This document shows, piece by piece, positions 31,033-40,911 of a stretch of 64,000 bases of DNA (position 1 is the stretch's first letter; the number at the start of each line of letters is the position of its first letter). Location of the stretch: positions 124,001 to 188,000 of IMG/VR virus record IMGVR_UViG_3300044625_001067; one strand, 5' to 3'. A program made the position numbers and the translations under genes. The notes beneath the pieces were generated by a model that worked only from the letters and a program-made list of their open reading frames with translations, had not been told where the DNA came from and searched no databases.

Positions 31033-31575
31033 ATGGCAACTATTTACAAACCACCGGCACAGCTACCCCCTTTCTCATCGAGGCTCAGTGTATTTCTTGC
31101 AGGTTCAATAGAAATGGGCTCTGCACCCGACTGGCAAGCTGACCTCGAACGTAGTCTTGCTGACATTGACATTGACATTTACAATCCGCGACGCGACGAT
31201 TGGGACCCAACTTGGGTTCAAAGCGCCGATAACCCGGTGTTTCGAGAGCAGGTTGAGTGGGAGCTTGATGCCCTAGAGATGGCTGGCATGGTTGTCATGT
31301 ATCTGGCACCGGGTACCATTAGTCCTGTTTCTTTGCTCGAACTTGGCTTCGTCGCCGGATTCGGTTTCTACGCTGTCAGAAAAACGGTTGTGTGTTGCCC
31401 AGAGGGGTTCCACCGCAAGGGTAACGTTGACATTTTCTGTGGCCAATACGGAATTCCCCAGGTTTCAAGTCTTGACGGGCTTGAACTGGCTATACGACGA
31501 GAAAATGCAAGGGTACAGAAACTCAAGTCTCATGGGAATCGTGGGAGCATTGAGACGAGAAACCCTGGAGAGTAA
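31033..31575 (+). CDS. nucleoside 2-deoxyribosyltransferase-like protein
   Basis: VFLAGSIEMG, NPRRDDWD, QVEWELDAL, SPVSLLELG. Confidence 0.85.
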   Translation: MATIYKPPAQLPPFSSRLSVFLAGSIEMGSAPDWQADLERSLADIDIDIYNPRRDDWDPTWVQSADNPVFREQVEWELDALEMAGMVVMYLAPGTISPVSLLELGFVAGFGFYAVRKTVVCCPEGFHRKGNVDIFCGQYGIPQVSSLDGLELAIRRENARVQKLKSHGNRGSIETRNPGE

Positions 31576-31577
31576 GC

Positions 31578-31937
31578 ATGACCGGCACCACCTTTAACTA
31601 TCCACCCCATTTACCCGACTTCGATGACATGGACCCGGACGGTGCCATTGAAGTTTTGTTAGGGGAAGACGAGGACGGGTACCAACATACTCGTTTCGAG
31701 AGCGTGGCCTACTACCGGAACACAGGAAAGACCCACCCTTGGCGTCACACCAAAGACTGGGCTCCTCGCTCAAACTACACCGAGGAGGACTTTACCTGGG
31801 CTTTGTCGAGAATTTTGAACACAGTTACCTGTTCTCGTGACCTTCGTAGCAAGGGCCTTGGGCTCACCGACGACGAATGCCGACGCATATACTCAATGCG
31901 GGACCGGGCTAGGGAGGTAGCGAAGCACGATGGGTGA
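31578..31937 (+). CDS. hypothetical protein
   Basis: 119 aa ORF. Confidence 0.7.
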   Translation: MTGTTFNYPPHLPDFDDMDPDGAIEVLLGEDEDGYQHTRFESVAYYRNTGKTHPWRHTKDWAPRSNYTEEDFTWALSRILNTVTCSRDLRSKGLGLTDDECRRIYSMRDRAREVAKHDG

Positions 31938-31993
31938 CCGGTTGCTCCGGGGCGGTTTCCCGCCTTGTTTTCTCGAAGAGAAAACGCTATAGT
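31929..31993 (+). promoter_or_regulatory. repeated promoter cassette
   Basis: Dyad GGCGGTTTCCCGCC, TTGTTT-17-TATAGT, spacer dyad TTTTCTC-GAA-GAGAAAA. Confidence 0.88.
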
Positions 31994-32023
31994 AGTTACA
32001 AGACAAACGCTCCCGAGAAAGAC

Positions 32024-32485
32024 ATGAAAGGACAACTCCTCAATAAAATGCTGGTACTGGCGACCAACTCCCACGCCGATCAGTACGACAAGGGTGGCAA
32101 CCCTTACATTTTGCACCCGCTCAAGGTGATGCATTACCTGAAGACCGACGATGTTGAGCTTCAGTGCATTGCGCTCGGTCACGACATTATTGAAGACACC
32201 AAGGTCACTTACGCAGATTTACGTGATCAGGGGTTCACTGCCCGAATTATCGAAGGCATTCGATGCCTAACGAAAGCACCGGGGGAAACCTACGAAGAGT
32301 ACAAGTTCCGTGTTTTCTCAAACGAAGACGCCATGAGAGTGAAGCTCTGTGACTTGAGGCACAATACTGACGTTCGGCGTCTGAAAGGTGTCACCGATGG
32401 GGACATTGCTCGAACTGTAAAGTACCATGTTTTCTACCTGGAGATTATGGCCCGGCTACCGAAAATTGACGAAGGTGATTCTTGA
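32024..32485 (+). CDS. HD-domain protein, RelA/SpoT hydrolase (Mesh1/SAH)-like
   Basis: HADQYDKGGNPYILHP, ALGHDIIEDT, VKLCDLRHN; ATG 32024. Confidence 0.85.
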   Translation: MKGQLLNKMLVLATNSHADQYDKGGNPYILHPLKVMHYLKTDDVELQCIALGHDIIEDTKVTYADLRDQGFTARIIEGIRCLTKAPGETYEEYKFRVFSNEDAMRVKLCDLRHNTDVRRLKGVTDGDIARTVKYHVFYLEIMARLPKIDEGDS

Positions 32486-32832
32486 GGAGAATTAATCGAG
32501 TTCGCAAAAAGCCAGAATGCTACAGCCCCGGCAGGGCCAAGTCCTACACCGAAATTGCAGAGAACGACTGCTTTACGTGCCCTGAAAGAGTAACTTGCCT
32601 TGAATTTGTTGCTGAAGTTAAGGAAATGGTTGCTGCCGGTGTGTCAACCAGTCACCGTCCCCCACCACTCCCTACCCCTGAGCAAATCATTGCACTGGCT
32701 GAGTCTACGGACCTAGTCTACGTGAATAACTACGGATGCGTCTATTCACCCTACGTTGAAGATACAGATATTCGCGACATCGTGGTGAATTTTGCCATCA
32801 AGCTCCTATACACTTACGGTAACTTGCCATGA
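32482..32832 (+). CDS. hypothetical protein
   Basis: 116 aa ORF overlapping the upstream stop. Confidence 0.6.
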   Translation: MRRINRVRKKPECYSPGRAKSYTEIAENDCFTCPERVTCLEFVAEVKEMVAAGVSTSHRPPPLPTPEQIIALAESTDLVYVNNYGCVYSPYVEDTDIRDIVVNFAIKLLYTYGNLP

Positions 32833-33263
32833 CTGACCCCTCAAAGCCCAAACTAACTTACCTCAAGCCTGTCAAGGAGTACAAGAAACTCGATTGCGTA
32901 CTCCCTTTTCGTTATTTGTATTGGAATACTCTAGAGGAACTGAATACACAGCTTGAAGAGTTCAAAGAAAAACTTAACCAGTTTAAGGAAGAGGGTTGGG
33001 AGGGCATTATGGATAACTACGATGAAGGCCACCCTGTGGTCAATCTCTATAAAACTCACTTCGTAGAAGACGAGGAGTACGACAGGGCAATTACTGTTGC
33101 CTTGCAAAATAAGCCTAGTTGGGATGATTTAGAAGAAGAGGTGATGGCCATCGGACTTCCCCTTTGGGAGTGTGACTATCAATATGAATGGACGTTTTTC
33201 TACCACACTGACCCCTCTAATTGCAGTTTTGTCGAAAACAGACCCAAAACTAATGACAACTGA
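32829..33263 (+). CDS. hypothetical protein
   Basis: 144 aa ORF, ATGA coupling. Confidence 0.7.
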   Translation: MTDPSKPKLTYLKPVKEYKKLDCVLPFRYLYWNTLEELNTQLEEFKEKLNQFKEEGWEGIMDNYDEGHPVVNLYKTHFVEDEEYDRAITVALQNKPSWDDLEEEVMAIGLPLWECDYQYEWTFFYHTDPSNCSFVENRPKTNDN

Positions 33264-33543
33264 ACAAAACCTAAAGGAACCCATAGAAATCCTACTCAGA
33301 GTCTTGCTGGCGGGACACACCGTTACTGACGTAACGGGGCAGGAATATGGTATGGACGACGATGGGCGCCTTTGCATAAAAGCAAACCGGTTCCCCCCTG
33401 AATCCACCCCCAGTAAAGACCCCGAGAAAACATGGCTACAAATACCTTGTGATGTATCTGAGCTGAAGACGATCGCCGACAGGATTGGCCGTGATACCCT
33501 TTGGTTGAAGGCTTGCGAAGTTTCAATGAGATCTCTATTATGA
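33253..33543 (+). CDS. hypothetical protein
   Basis: ATG 33253 (MTTEQNLKEP). Confidence 0.7.
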   Translation: MTTEQNLKEPIEILLRVLLAGHTVTDVTGQEYGMDDDGRLCIKANRFPPESTPSKDPEKTWLQIPCDVSELKTIADRIGRDTLWLKACEVSMRSLL

Positions 33544-33794
33544 CCCACTCCGAAGAGGAGCGAGCTAGACGCGTAAAGCTATCTAAGCTGGCTACAGATA
33601 GTGCCAAAACCACTCTGAAAAGGGGAGATAGGCTACGAGTAACCAGGTGTCCCGGCACAAAGCGATGGGTTACATTCGACCATTGGGATGGATACTGGAT
33701 CGTGACCAAGTCTGGAATCGACGATATTCATGCAATTAACGTTGACAGGGTTAACACTGAGAGTGTTGACTTTACTACGAAAGGGGAGCAATGA
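33540..33794 (+). CDS. hypothetical protein
   Basis: ATGA coupling at 33540. Confidence 0.7.
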   Translation: MTHSEEERARRVKLSKLATDSAKTTLKRGDRLRVTRCPGTKRWVTFDHWDGYWIVTKSGIDDIHAINVDRVNTESVDFTTKGEQ

Positions 33795-34372
33795 GTAACT
33801 GCCCGGACTGGCTGAAGCCCTTTCAACGAGAAACAGAAGCTCTGGCTGCCCAAAATGCTGCGTTCAGAGAAGAAACTGAGAGAATTAGACGAGAAAATGA
33901 CGCGTACCGTCTCAAACAAGACACTCAACTCCGGGCACTCCGGGATCTTAATCGAAATCCGGAAAAAGTCAAACAAGTCTTCGAGTCCTCTAGATTTAAG
34001 ATTAAATCAACGACAACGACAGCACCTTGCGACCCGAACAAACATACAGGTCGCACTACTCGACTGCTCAAGGAAGCCTATAGCCTCGCCTCAGAGGGGA
34101 GGGCAGTTTATGTCCTGGGTCATCAAGAGAGCCACGCAAGTTCCCTGGAATTTATGTTCAACCAACTGTTCGGGTTGGGGGAATCAAGGAGGTTGGGGGT
34201 GAAGTTCGAGACTCCATGTGGGCTACCAAACTTTGACTTCAGAACAATGACACTCGGGAGAGGGGCTCACCCGAACTGCTGCGTTTTAGTCGATCATTAC
34301 ACGATTGAGTCTCACTATGCTAGAATGCTTCAGGAACTTCACCGGTTTGACGCACCTTCGGACACCAATTAG
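33791..34372 (+). CDS. hypothetical protein with degenerate P-loop-like segment
   Basis: 193 aa; HTGRTTRLL and VLVDH. Confidence 0.7.
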   Translation: MSNCPDWLKPFQRETEALAAQNAAFREETERIRRENDAYRLKQDTQLRALRDLNRNPEKVKQVFESSRFKIKSTTTTAPCDPNKHTGRTTRLLKEAYSLASEGRAVYVLGHQESHASSLEFMFNQLFGLGESRRLGVKFETPCGLPNFDFRTMTLGRGAHPNCCVLVDHYTIESHYARMLQELHRFDAPSDTN

Positions 34373-34424
34373 TAGTGCCCCGAAAGAATCCGCAGGGTAA
34401 ACCTTATAGCCCTGACATAACACG

Positions 34425-34829
34425 ATGGATCACTCAGCACCTTTTGACCCGAGAACTGTTGCGGAAAGAATCCGAGACAACAATGCTGTTCTGCAATCGG
34501 TAGCTGAAAGCTATACTCTCGTGTCAAAAGCAGACTTGTACGACACAGAGCAAGCTACAGCTTTCCTTGAGATTGACTCCGACGAAAGTGTAAGTAACTG
34601 GCTTGAAGGCGGGTACTTTCCCGGTGCTTTTCAGTCTGATGGGAGGTGGTTGTTCCCACTCGCGTCACTCATCAAGGTGAGGGAGCGGTTAGATGAACTT
34701 CAGTACAATAACAAACATCGGCTTCTAACCCTTGAAACTGAACCCGAGGACTACTGCAAAGTTTGCGGTGGAATCCCTGTCTTCCTGCCGAATAAGTTGG
34801 GGGTCCTAGCTAGAAACACAACAATTTAA
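34425..34829 (+). CDS. HTH_17/excisionase-like DNA-binding protein
   Basis: YDTEQATAFLEI...VSNWLEGGYFPGA...GRWLFP. Confidence 0.65.
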   Translation: MDHSAPFDPRTVAERIRDNNAVLQSVAESYTLVSKADLYDTEQATAFLEIDSDESVSNWLEGGYFPGAFQSDGRWLFPLASLIKVRERLDELQYNNKHRLLTLETEPEDYCKVCGGIPVFLPNKLGVLARNTTI

Positions 34830-34854
34830 CTCAGGCCACACGCGCCAAGACACC

Positions 34855-35124
34855 ATGCAATCCGTTAAACCTCTCGCAAACGAAACCGAGTACGACCTTG
34901 CCCTTAAGGACATCGACCGCTACTGGGACGCTTCGAAGGGTAGCCCCGAGTACAACCGGTTAGAGACCTTGATAATTTTGGTAGAGGAATACGAGGCTAA
35001 GCACTGGCCCGTTGCGCCTCCAGACTCAACGAGTCTTGGGGAGTTGGCCGAACGACTCCAGTCGCTGGTGGCGGGTGTCCAAGTCGACCTCGACGAGAAC
35101 CTATCGCCGGACGAGACCGACTAG
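34855..35124 (+). CDS. protein resembling the N-terminal part of HigA-type antitoxins (no HTH)
   Basis: KPLANETEYDLAL...GSPEYNRLETLIILVEEYEAKHWPVAPPD. Confidence 0.6.
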   Translation: MQSVKPLANETEYDLALKDIDRYWDASKGSPEYNRLETLIILVEEYEAKHWPVAPPDSTSLGELAERLQSLVAGVQVDLDENLSPDETD

Positions 35125-35196
35125 AAGACCACGCCAGGGAACCTTTACCTCGACTCCGGTCCAGCATACTAATTCACACCCCTAAACCACTGAAAA

Positions 35197-35790
35197 ATGA
35201 GAAACGCCACAATATACACTCTAACTAAAACGGTCGTACCCGTTTATGACAATGACAAATACGTCAGGTACGCTCCACTCTTAGACCCTGACGAGCTATT
35301 CCGCATACCTACAGATGACCCGGATAACGAGGTTTTACTCACGAGGAAGAATCACGTAGAAAGTCTCCCACTACACGAGGTTGGTTTCTGCTCAAGTTTA
35401 CCTCTTCATGATCTTCCTGAGGTTGAACGTTTATACTTAGAGAGTTACGATGAGGGTCGGAAGTCCGGGATCTACGACCCCTCCTACCTTCACTTATTTG
35501 CGATTGAGCCTCAGACCGAGAAGATTTTATCCACCTACATTAACTCCAAACTCCGTAATAAGGTGGTTAAGCTTGAAGACACAATATACGACCAAGGGCA
35601 GAAACTTTGGACGCTAGGGCGAAACCTTGAGAAGTCCCAGAATGATGCTCGTGCCTTAGCAAACTCCCTTAAGGTTACTGAAGGGAGGTTAGAACGGTAC
35701 AGAAAAGAACCGCTGCTCAAGAGACTATGGATTGCCCTTCGACTCCGGCAAGACGGTTCTAACTGTGCGACCTTGATGCCACACTTTTAA
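35197..35790 (+). CDS. hypothetical protein
   Basis: 197 aa ORF. Confidence 0.75.
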   Translation: MRNATIYTLTKTVVPVYDNDKYVRYAPLLDPDELFRIPTDDPDNEVLLTRKNHVESLPLHEVGFCSSLPLHDLPEVERLYLESYDEGRKSGIYDPSYLHLFAIEPQTEKILSTYINSKLRNKVVKLEDTIYDQGQKLWTLGRNLEKSQNDARALANSLKVTEGRLERYRKEPLLKRLWIALRLRQDGSNCATLMPHF

Positions 35791-35820
35791 CTCATTTGAG
35801 CAAACACCGAAGGTTCTAGT

Positions 35821-36012
35821 ATGGAAGAAACTGACTACAAGACAGAGTATATGAGAATTTCAACCCTTGTCGGGTCGCAATTCCCAGAATGCGAAGTTAC
35901 TACGCCAGATATGGTAATACTTTTGATACACGAAAACGACACGTTGCGTATGGCACTAAATTTACCCACGAGACGTGAGGTTCTTTCCAAACTTGACAAG
36001 TTTTACGAATGA
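35821..36012 (+). CDS. hypothetical protein
   Basis: 63 aa ORF. Confidence 0.65.
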   Translation: MEETDYKTEYMRISTLVGSQFPECEVTTPDMVILLIHENDTLRMALNLPTRREVLSKLDKFYE

Positions 36013-36728
36013 CAAACCGAGAAGAAAGAATTAAACTCCAAACAACCGTTACAGCAGTGATTCATCAGGAAGGCCCATGGTGGGTGGGCCGGACTGAAGA
36101 GATTCCAAGGGTGGTTGCCCGGTGGCGTACTAGTGCGGGGTGTTTACACTACCTTGAGAAGGCGCTACGTGGTGAATCAGCGAGTACACTTGACAGCTGG
36201 TCACCACAACCACAAACCCTTGAGCAAGTTGACGAAGGACTGCGCACAGCGTTTCGAGAGTCCCTAAAAGAGTGGGCTTTGACTAAAGATGATGTCCCCC
36301 TTATTGGACCGAGAGTGTCTAATCCACTTGAACAAAATTCCGACGCAATGACTCAGCACAATCCGATTGAAGTCCCCGACGAACTAGTTCATAGTTGGTG
36401 GCCTAGCGAGGGGTATTATGAGCGAGATGGTGATCTAAACATCCTCGCCGACAAAGCCGCACAATGGGGCGCCGACCAGGAGCTTGCTGCTTGCTGCGAC
36501 TGGTTGCGCCTCCAAGAAGATCCTCAGTTTAGTTCCGACGACGGGTGGGTGGGTAAAGACCAGGAACTTCGTGAAGCACGCAGGCCCAACGTACCTACAC
36601 TTAATGAAATCGCCCTGCAATTCATGGGGACTATTGTGAAAGACGGACGGTACCTACCCGAGATTACAAGCACTATTGTGAAAGCTTTGATAGAAGGTGG
36701 CAAAGCTCTAAAAGAGCTCAATGGCTGA
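36009..36728 (+). CDS. hypothetical protein
   Basis: 239 aa ORF, ATGA coupling. Confidence 0.75.
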   Translation: MTNREERIKLQTTVTAVIHQEGPWWVGRTEEIPRVVARWRTSAGCLHYLEKALRGESASTLDSWSPQPQTLEQVDEGLRTAFRESLKEWALTKDDVPLIGPRVSNPLEQNSDAMTQHNPIEVPDELVHSWWPSEGYYERDGDLNILADKAAQWGADQELAACCDWLRLQEDPQFSSDDGWVGKDQELREARRPNVPTLNEIALQFMGTIVKDGRYLPEITSTIVKALIEGGKALKELNG

Positions 36729-36957
36729 TAGATTGTACAAACAGGGGTGCCCGTGCTTTTATTGTGTCAAGGAAAGGGCAAACGCCACAGCGCAACCTTT
36801 GGTTCACCCTATGGCCGTTTGTCCAACTTGCGGCAACAAAAGGTGTCCAAAAGGAACTCACCACTCGTTCAACTGCAGCGGAAGCAACGAAGCAGGGCAG
36901 TTGGGAAGCCGCTACACCTTACCTAGCATTACACACACTAACCTTTCTCCAGCATGA
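36721..36957 (+). CDS. Cys-rich hypothetical protein
   Basis: CPCFYC...CPTCGNKRCPKGTHH. Confidence 0.7.
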   Translation: MADRLYKQGCPCFYCVKERANATAQPLVHPMAVCPTCGNKRCPKGTHHSFNCSGSNEAGQLGSRYTLPSITHTNLSPA

Positions 36958-37163
36958 CGACGCAAGTACCCGTACCCTTTACCGAGCGGTACCCTGGACC
37001 GGAAGACTGTAGTACAAACGGGGAGTTTTGGGTGTTTTGCCCAGGAATCGGTTGTAGAGATTGTTGGACACTCATGCGGTACGACAGCCAGAACTTAGAA
37101 TCTCGAGAGAAATACGGTCTCACTCATTGGTTGCCATACAACTCAATACCCTGCCCTGTTTAA
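36954..37163 (+). CDS. hypothetical protein
   Basis: 69 aa; THWLPY motif shared with the next gene. Confidence 0.7.
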   Translation: MTTQVPVPFTERYPGPEDCSTNGEFWVFCPGIGCRDCWTLMRYDSQNLESREKYGLTHWLPYNSIPCPV

Positions 37164-37164
37164 G

Positions 37165-37530
37165 ATGAACTTGCGTGACGCACGAGAGAAAGCCTTGCAG
37201 ATTTCTGCTGAAACTGAGCATGGCTTATTGAAGGATAGAGAAGCTGAGAGTAAGCTCTACAGAGCTGCTCCCGGTGAAACCTTTGACCCTGTAAGTGTTT
37301 CTGACCGTCTACCTAAACTTTCCGATTCTGACGCCGAAGAACTATGTTGGTGGTGGAGAACCGACGCCGACGGGTCAGCAGTTGAGGGTATGTGGGAAAT
37401 GCTACAATTTGACTGGCCAGTTAGAAAATATAACCTCTCAGGGAGCGGTTACAACTACACACACTGGCTGCCACACTGGGCCATTGTAAATCCTAATGCC
37501 TCCTTAGTTAAAGAACATGGCAAACAATAG
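37165..37530 (+). CDS. hypothetical protein
   Basis: 121 aa; PVSVSDRLP...THWLPH. Confidence 0.7.
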   Translation: MNLRDAREKALQISAETEHGLLKDREAESKLYRAAPGETFDPVSVSDRLPKLSDSDAEELCWWWRTDADGSAVEGMWEMLQFDWPVRKYNLSGSGYNYTHWLPHWAIVNPNASLVKEHGKQ

Positions 37531-37717
37531 ACAATGCTCAACTTGTTTTTACTCAGTTTCTACCCTAGTTATAAACCCTGTACTAGCCTCGATTCCTAAC
37601 ACACACGGCCTGGTAGCGGAACGAATTTCCACAAAGTGCCACATACAAGGTCCACCGAAGGAAGTCAATGCCGATAAAGATTGGTTCTACCAGTGGCGAT
37701 CCAGAGACCGCATATGA
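37517..37717 (+). CDS. hypothetical protein
   Basis: 66 aa ORF with CxxC. Confidence 0.55.
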   Translation: MANNRQCSTCFYSVSTLVINPVLASIPNTHGLVAERISTKCHIQGPPKEVNADKDWFYQWRSRDRI

Positions 37718-37784
37718 AAAAGGCGACGAACTTTACCGGAAAAATCCCAAGCTATACTACCGGCATAGTTAACCGTAGACCCCC

Positions 37785-37964
37785 ATGCTCGCCCTACTTG
37801 CCGTAACTTACCTGCTTGTGGGCTTTGCAAGGCTCCTTTCCGCACTCCCAGACTACGATCTACCGGTTATCGGGCACAGAGTAAGAATTTTGGACGTCTG
37901 TGGTCACGTTTTACTCTGGCCCTGCCCAGCAACCGCAAAGTTTCTAAGGAAGCTACGCCGTTGA
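37785..37964 (+). CDS. small membrane protein (59 aa)
   Basis: Manual translation MLALLAVTYLLVGF... Confidence 0.5.
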   Translation: MLALLAVTYLLVGFARLLSALPDYDLPVIGHRVRILDVCGHVLLWPCPATAKFLRKLRR

Positions 37965-38022
37965 CCCGCTGATCCGGAACCTGGCTCCGCTCATTTAAAC
38001 TTGAACACCACTAGACCCCAAG

Positions 38023-38406
38023 ATGAACGAAAAAACACCTCTACAGCAACTCCAAGAATGGCAAGAGCTTTGTGACCACTTTCGAACCTTGCACACGAAA
38101 GGTGTCGCTGCCCCCGAAAACTCACTGAGTGTTGGAGTTGAGGGGTACATAGATCCTCTTTCCAGGGAAACCACACTAGAAGCAGGGTGGACCCTAAATG
38201 GAAAGAAATTCACACGATCTACAACTTTCTCAACCATTTTATCGGAGTACAAAAACGGGCGGTGTGAGGAGAGTGCAGAAGCCGTTTCAAGACTCGCCGG
38301 ACTAATTGCTAAAGATGTCACAAGGGGGCTCGAAGAAGAAATGTACCGTCTTTTGCTGTCGTCTCCCAATTCAGTCCTACCTCGAAACTTTGCGCCACCG
38401 GAATAG
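38023..38406 (+). CDS. hypothetical protein
   Basis: 127 aa ORF. Confidence 0.65.
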   Translation: MNEKTPLQQLQEWQELCDHFRTLHTKGVAAPENSLSVGVEGYIDPLSRETTLEAGWTLNGKKFTRSTTFSTILSEYKNGRCEESAEAVSRLAGLIAKDVTRGLEEEMYRLLLSSPNSVLPRNFAPPE

Positions 38407-38430
38407 TCCTGTGTCCTTCCCTGTGTAAAG

Positions 38431-38495
38431 TACGGTTGACCGTTTACTTCGAGACGGTTTCCCGCCTTTACTTCCCTGGTGAAAACCGGCATACT
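38431..38495 (+). promoter_or_regulatory. repeated promoter cassette
   Basis: Two dyads 22 bp apart, TTTACT-17-CATACT. Confidence 0.8.
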
Positions 38496-38531
38496 TAGTG
38501 AAAGATGGCCTAACACGTGGGGGGCGAAGCA

Positions 38532-38759
38532 ATGAGCAAAAGCTGCGGGTCTTGTGTCTACTACACCAAGTGGAAAAAAGATTCCCTTGTGCAATCAAAC
38601 GGCGGTGAAGGAGGTGAGTTAGCATCGGGACTGTGTGAGTTTCTCGACACACGCACAAAGCCCGACTGGGGTCACAGCTGCCCACACTGGGTTGGTAAGC
38701 GATACGACCGGACCTCCTTGAAAAGGCAAACACTGAGCGAAATCAACGAGAATGATTAA
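38532..38759 (+). CDS. Cys-rich hypothetical protein
   Basis: MSKSCGSCVYY...GLCEF...CPHW. Confidence 0.7.
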   Translation: MSKSCGSCVYYTKWKKDSLVQSNGGEGGELASGLCEFLDTRTKPDWGHSCPHWVGKRYDRTSLKRQTLSEINEND

Positions 38760-39267
38760 CCGAACTTTGATAGCGAGAATCCAGAGCTACTACCCGAACT
38801 GGTTCCAGGACACGAATTGGAGTGACGAGGACGTTCTCGATGCCATTGCCATAGCAAAGCGTGTTGAGTCCGGAGAAGAAAAAACATATTCCTTTGAGGA
38901 AGCAATGGAAGATCTCGAACTCACCGGGGAACTTGGGTTGGTGACCCGCACCGAGAGGGGATTTGAGGTCATTGACTTTCAAGATCTATACAACAAGGAG
39001 TGCAGCCTGCAACAAAGCTCCCTTGCCGTTTATTGGGAGCCAGGGACGTCTGCGGTTTGGTTGGGCCAAGGGGAAGATAGAATGCACCTTGGGGAAGAAC
39101 AGGTTCAGTCCCTGGTTACTGTTTTGCAAAGGTGGCTGGACACAGGTTCTTTCATTCCCTACCCTACTACAGAAGTATCACCCCTCTCAAAACTTGCTGG
39201 GCGCCTTAAGAACATTTTTGGGCTTGCCTTAAGACCACTCAAATCACTTACAAACCGAAACCAATGA
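38752..39267 (+). CDS. hypothetical protein
   Basis: 171 aa ORF. Confidence 0.7.
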   Translation: MINRTLIARIQSYYPNWFQDTNWSDEDVLDAIAIAKRVESGEEKTYSFEEAMEDLELTGELGLVTRTERGFEVIDFQDLYNKECSLQQSSLAVYWEPGTSAVWLGQGEDRMHLGEEQVQSLVTVLQRWLDTGSFIPYPTTEVSPLSKLAGRLKNIFGLALRPLKSLTNRNQ

Positions 39268-39557
39268 CTTACGATGAAAAGACCCTTCAGTGTATTAAAG
39301 AGATTGGGGAGAAGGTTGATCTTAGGTTGGTTCAGGAATTCACCCTTGAGCAAGAGAGCTTTTTAAGGGCCATCCTGAAACAGGAAACCTTAGCAGCTTT
39401 GGACGAGGGATTAGCCCTTGCGGTTCAAATGATAAGGGAATCCCCACCTGGCTTAACTCGTGACCAACTGGCTAATTTAATTGAGAACTGTATTGGCGAC
39501 AAAAGAGCCTTAGAAGTTGTTTTACCCTCACTGGATCTTTTAACGACCCTAGACTAG
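39264..39557 (+). CDS. hypothetical protein
   Basis: 97 aa ORF, ATGA coupling. Confidence 0.7.
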   Translation: MTYDEKTLQCIKEIGEKVDLRLVQEFTLEQESFLRAILKQETLAALDEGLALAVQMIRESPPGLTRDQLANLIENCIGDKRALEVVLPSLDLLTTLD

Positions 39558-39579
39558 TTTAAAACCAAATGGAAGCTTA

Positions 39580-39780
39580 ATGACACTACACCCTTACAGC
39601 TATTACACAAAGCCCGAAGAGTGGCAAACGTGTTACACCAAGCATTCAGAAGACAGAGAGTCTCCGACTCTGTGTTACGAAGACCTAATTGACACCATTG
39701 TAGACCTTTACGAAAAGATCGCTAAGCTAGAGGCGAGGCTGGACCAAGAAGACACCTATAGGCACGAACAAAATGACTGA
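39580..39780 (+). CDS. hypothetical protein
   Basis: 66 aa ORF. Confidence 0.65.
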   Translation: MTLHPYSYYTKPEEWQTCYTKHSEDRESPTLCYEDLIDTIVDLYEKIAKLEARLDQEDTYRHEQND

Positions 39781-40060
39781 CGGGGACAAACTACTTGCTG
39801 ACTACGACTCCGAAATTTACGGAGAATATACACCCCTGGAACCACTTACTGTTGCATCTCTAATTGAGAGTCACAGACACTTAAGACAAAAAAACTTAGA
39901 GTGGCACGGGGCGTATAACGAAGCAGGAAGAGAAGGTTATGAGCAAGGTTACTCCTTTGGACTGAAGAAGGCAACAGAAGCCATGATCATGATCGAAGAC
40001 CTTCGCAAAATGACTATTCAGGAACTTGCAAATCTAATCGGAGACGAGAATGCCTACTGA
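39773..40060 (+). CDS. hypothetical protein
   Basis: 95 aa ORF. Confidence 0.7.
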   Translation: MTDGDKLLADYDSEIYGEYTPLEPLTVASLIESHRHLRQKNLEWHGAYNEAGREGYEQGYSFGLKKATEAMIMIEDLRKMTIQELANLIGDENAY

Positions 40061-40292
40061 GTCATCTGAGAGCCTAAGTCCTGATGCACAGTCAATAGAC
40101 GATGCTTTTAACGGGTACCATGAGCTGGTGAATCGTCGTGTAAAGATTGCCGCCGTACTCCGCGCAATTGCTGAGCTGTGCGAGCCCGACCTTGTGTTCG
40201 GGTTAAAGACAATTCGCCAGGGGAAACTAATATCTCTTGCCATCGAACTTGAGGGGTCAACGTCTCTCATTACACCTTCAAACAATGATTAA
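40050..40292 (+). CDS. hypothetical protein (AA.LRA motif, similar to 41349..41582)
   Basis: LSPDAQ..DDAF...IAAVLRAIA...IAIELEG. Confidence 0.7.
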   Translation: MPTESSESLSPDAQSIDDAFNGYHELVNRRVKIAAVLRAIAELCEPDLVFGLKTIRQGKLISLAIELEGSTSLITPSNND

Positions 40293-40524
40293 AACTCAAA
40301 TCTCTAGGTTTTCTCTGGTTCAAGAAACTGAACAAACAGGAGTACCTGAGGTCTGGCTTAACGAACTAGAAGAGACTTTACAGTCTTTATTTTTGACTAC
40401 GGTCGAAGAGTTACAACGGTACCACGAAAGTGATGCCGACACCACGGCAAGCGACGAGCTTGCTCGGGTAATCGTCACCAACAAAGTGATTGACTACCTT
40501 AATTCATTTAGTTCAGCTGAATGA
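40285..40524 (+). CDS. hypothetical protein
   Basis: ATG 40285. Confidence 0.6.
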   Translation: MIKTQISRFSLVQETEQTGVPEVWLNELEETLQSLFLTTVEELQRYHESDADTTASDELARVIVTNKVIDYLNSFSSAE

Positions 40525-40535
40525 GCTAAAACACT

Positions 40536-40558
40536 AGCCCCTTAACGGGGGCTTTTTT
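40536..40558 (+). terminator. intrinsic terminator
   Basis: AGCCCC-TTAACG-GGGGCT followed by a T run. Confidence 0.8.
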
Positions 40559-40675
40559 GTCCAGCAATTCCGCTGACACAGACTCCTCCTATGACTCAAA
40601 CACACTAACATAAGATAATGGTAACCGCAGAAGTTTACGCAGCAGCACAAAAGAAAGCTAGCATTCGGGGGCACA

Positions 40676-40906
40676 ATGGCTGAGAAAACTTTTCCGCTAC
40701 AAGTAGTTGGGGTTGAGTATGAATGCGACGAGTGTGAAAGTGGAACAATGCAGCCTTACGGCACCGTTGCCTGGCTAACTGAACCCCTACAATACCCGCA
40801 CAGGTGCTCAACCTGCGGAGCAACTAGGGGGCTTCCCGAGAAGTACCCCACCGTGCGTCACTTACGCATACTACCCGTCGATGACATTCCTGTTGATGAA
40901 TGGTGA
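40676..40906 (+). CDS. zinc-ribbon protein
   Basis: CDEC...HRCSTC. Confidence 0.75.
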   Translation: MAEKTFPLQVVGVEYECDECESGTMQPYGTVAWLTEPLQYPHRCSTCGATRGLPEKYPTVRHLRILPVDDIPVDEW

Positions 40907-40911
40907 AGTAA

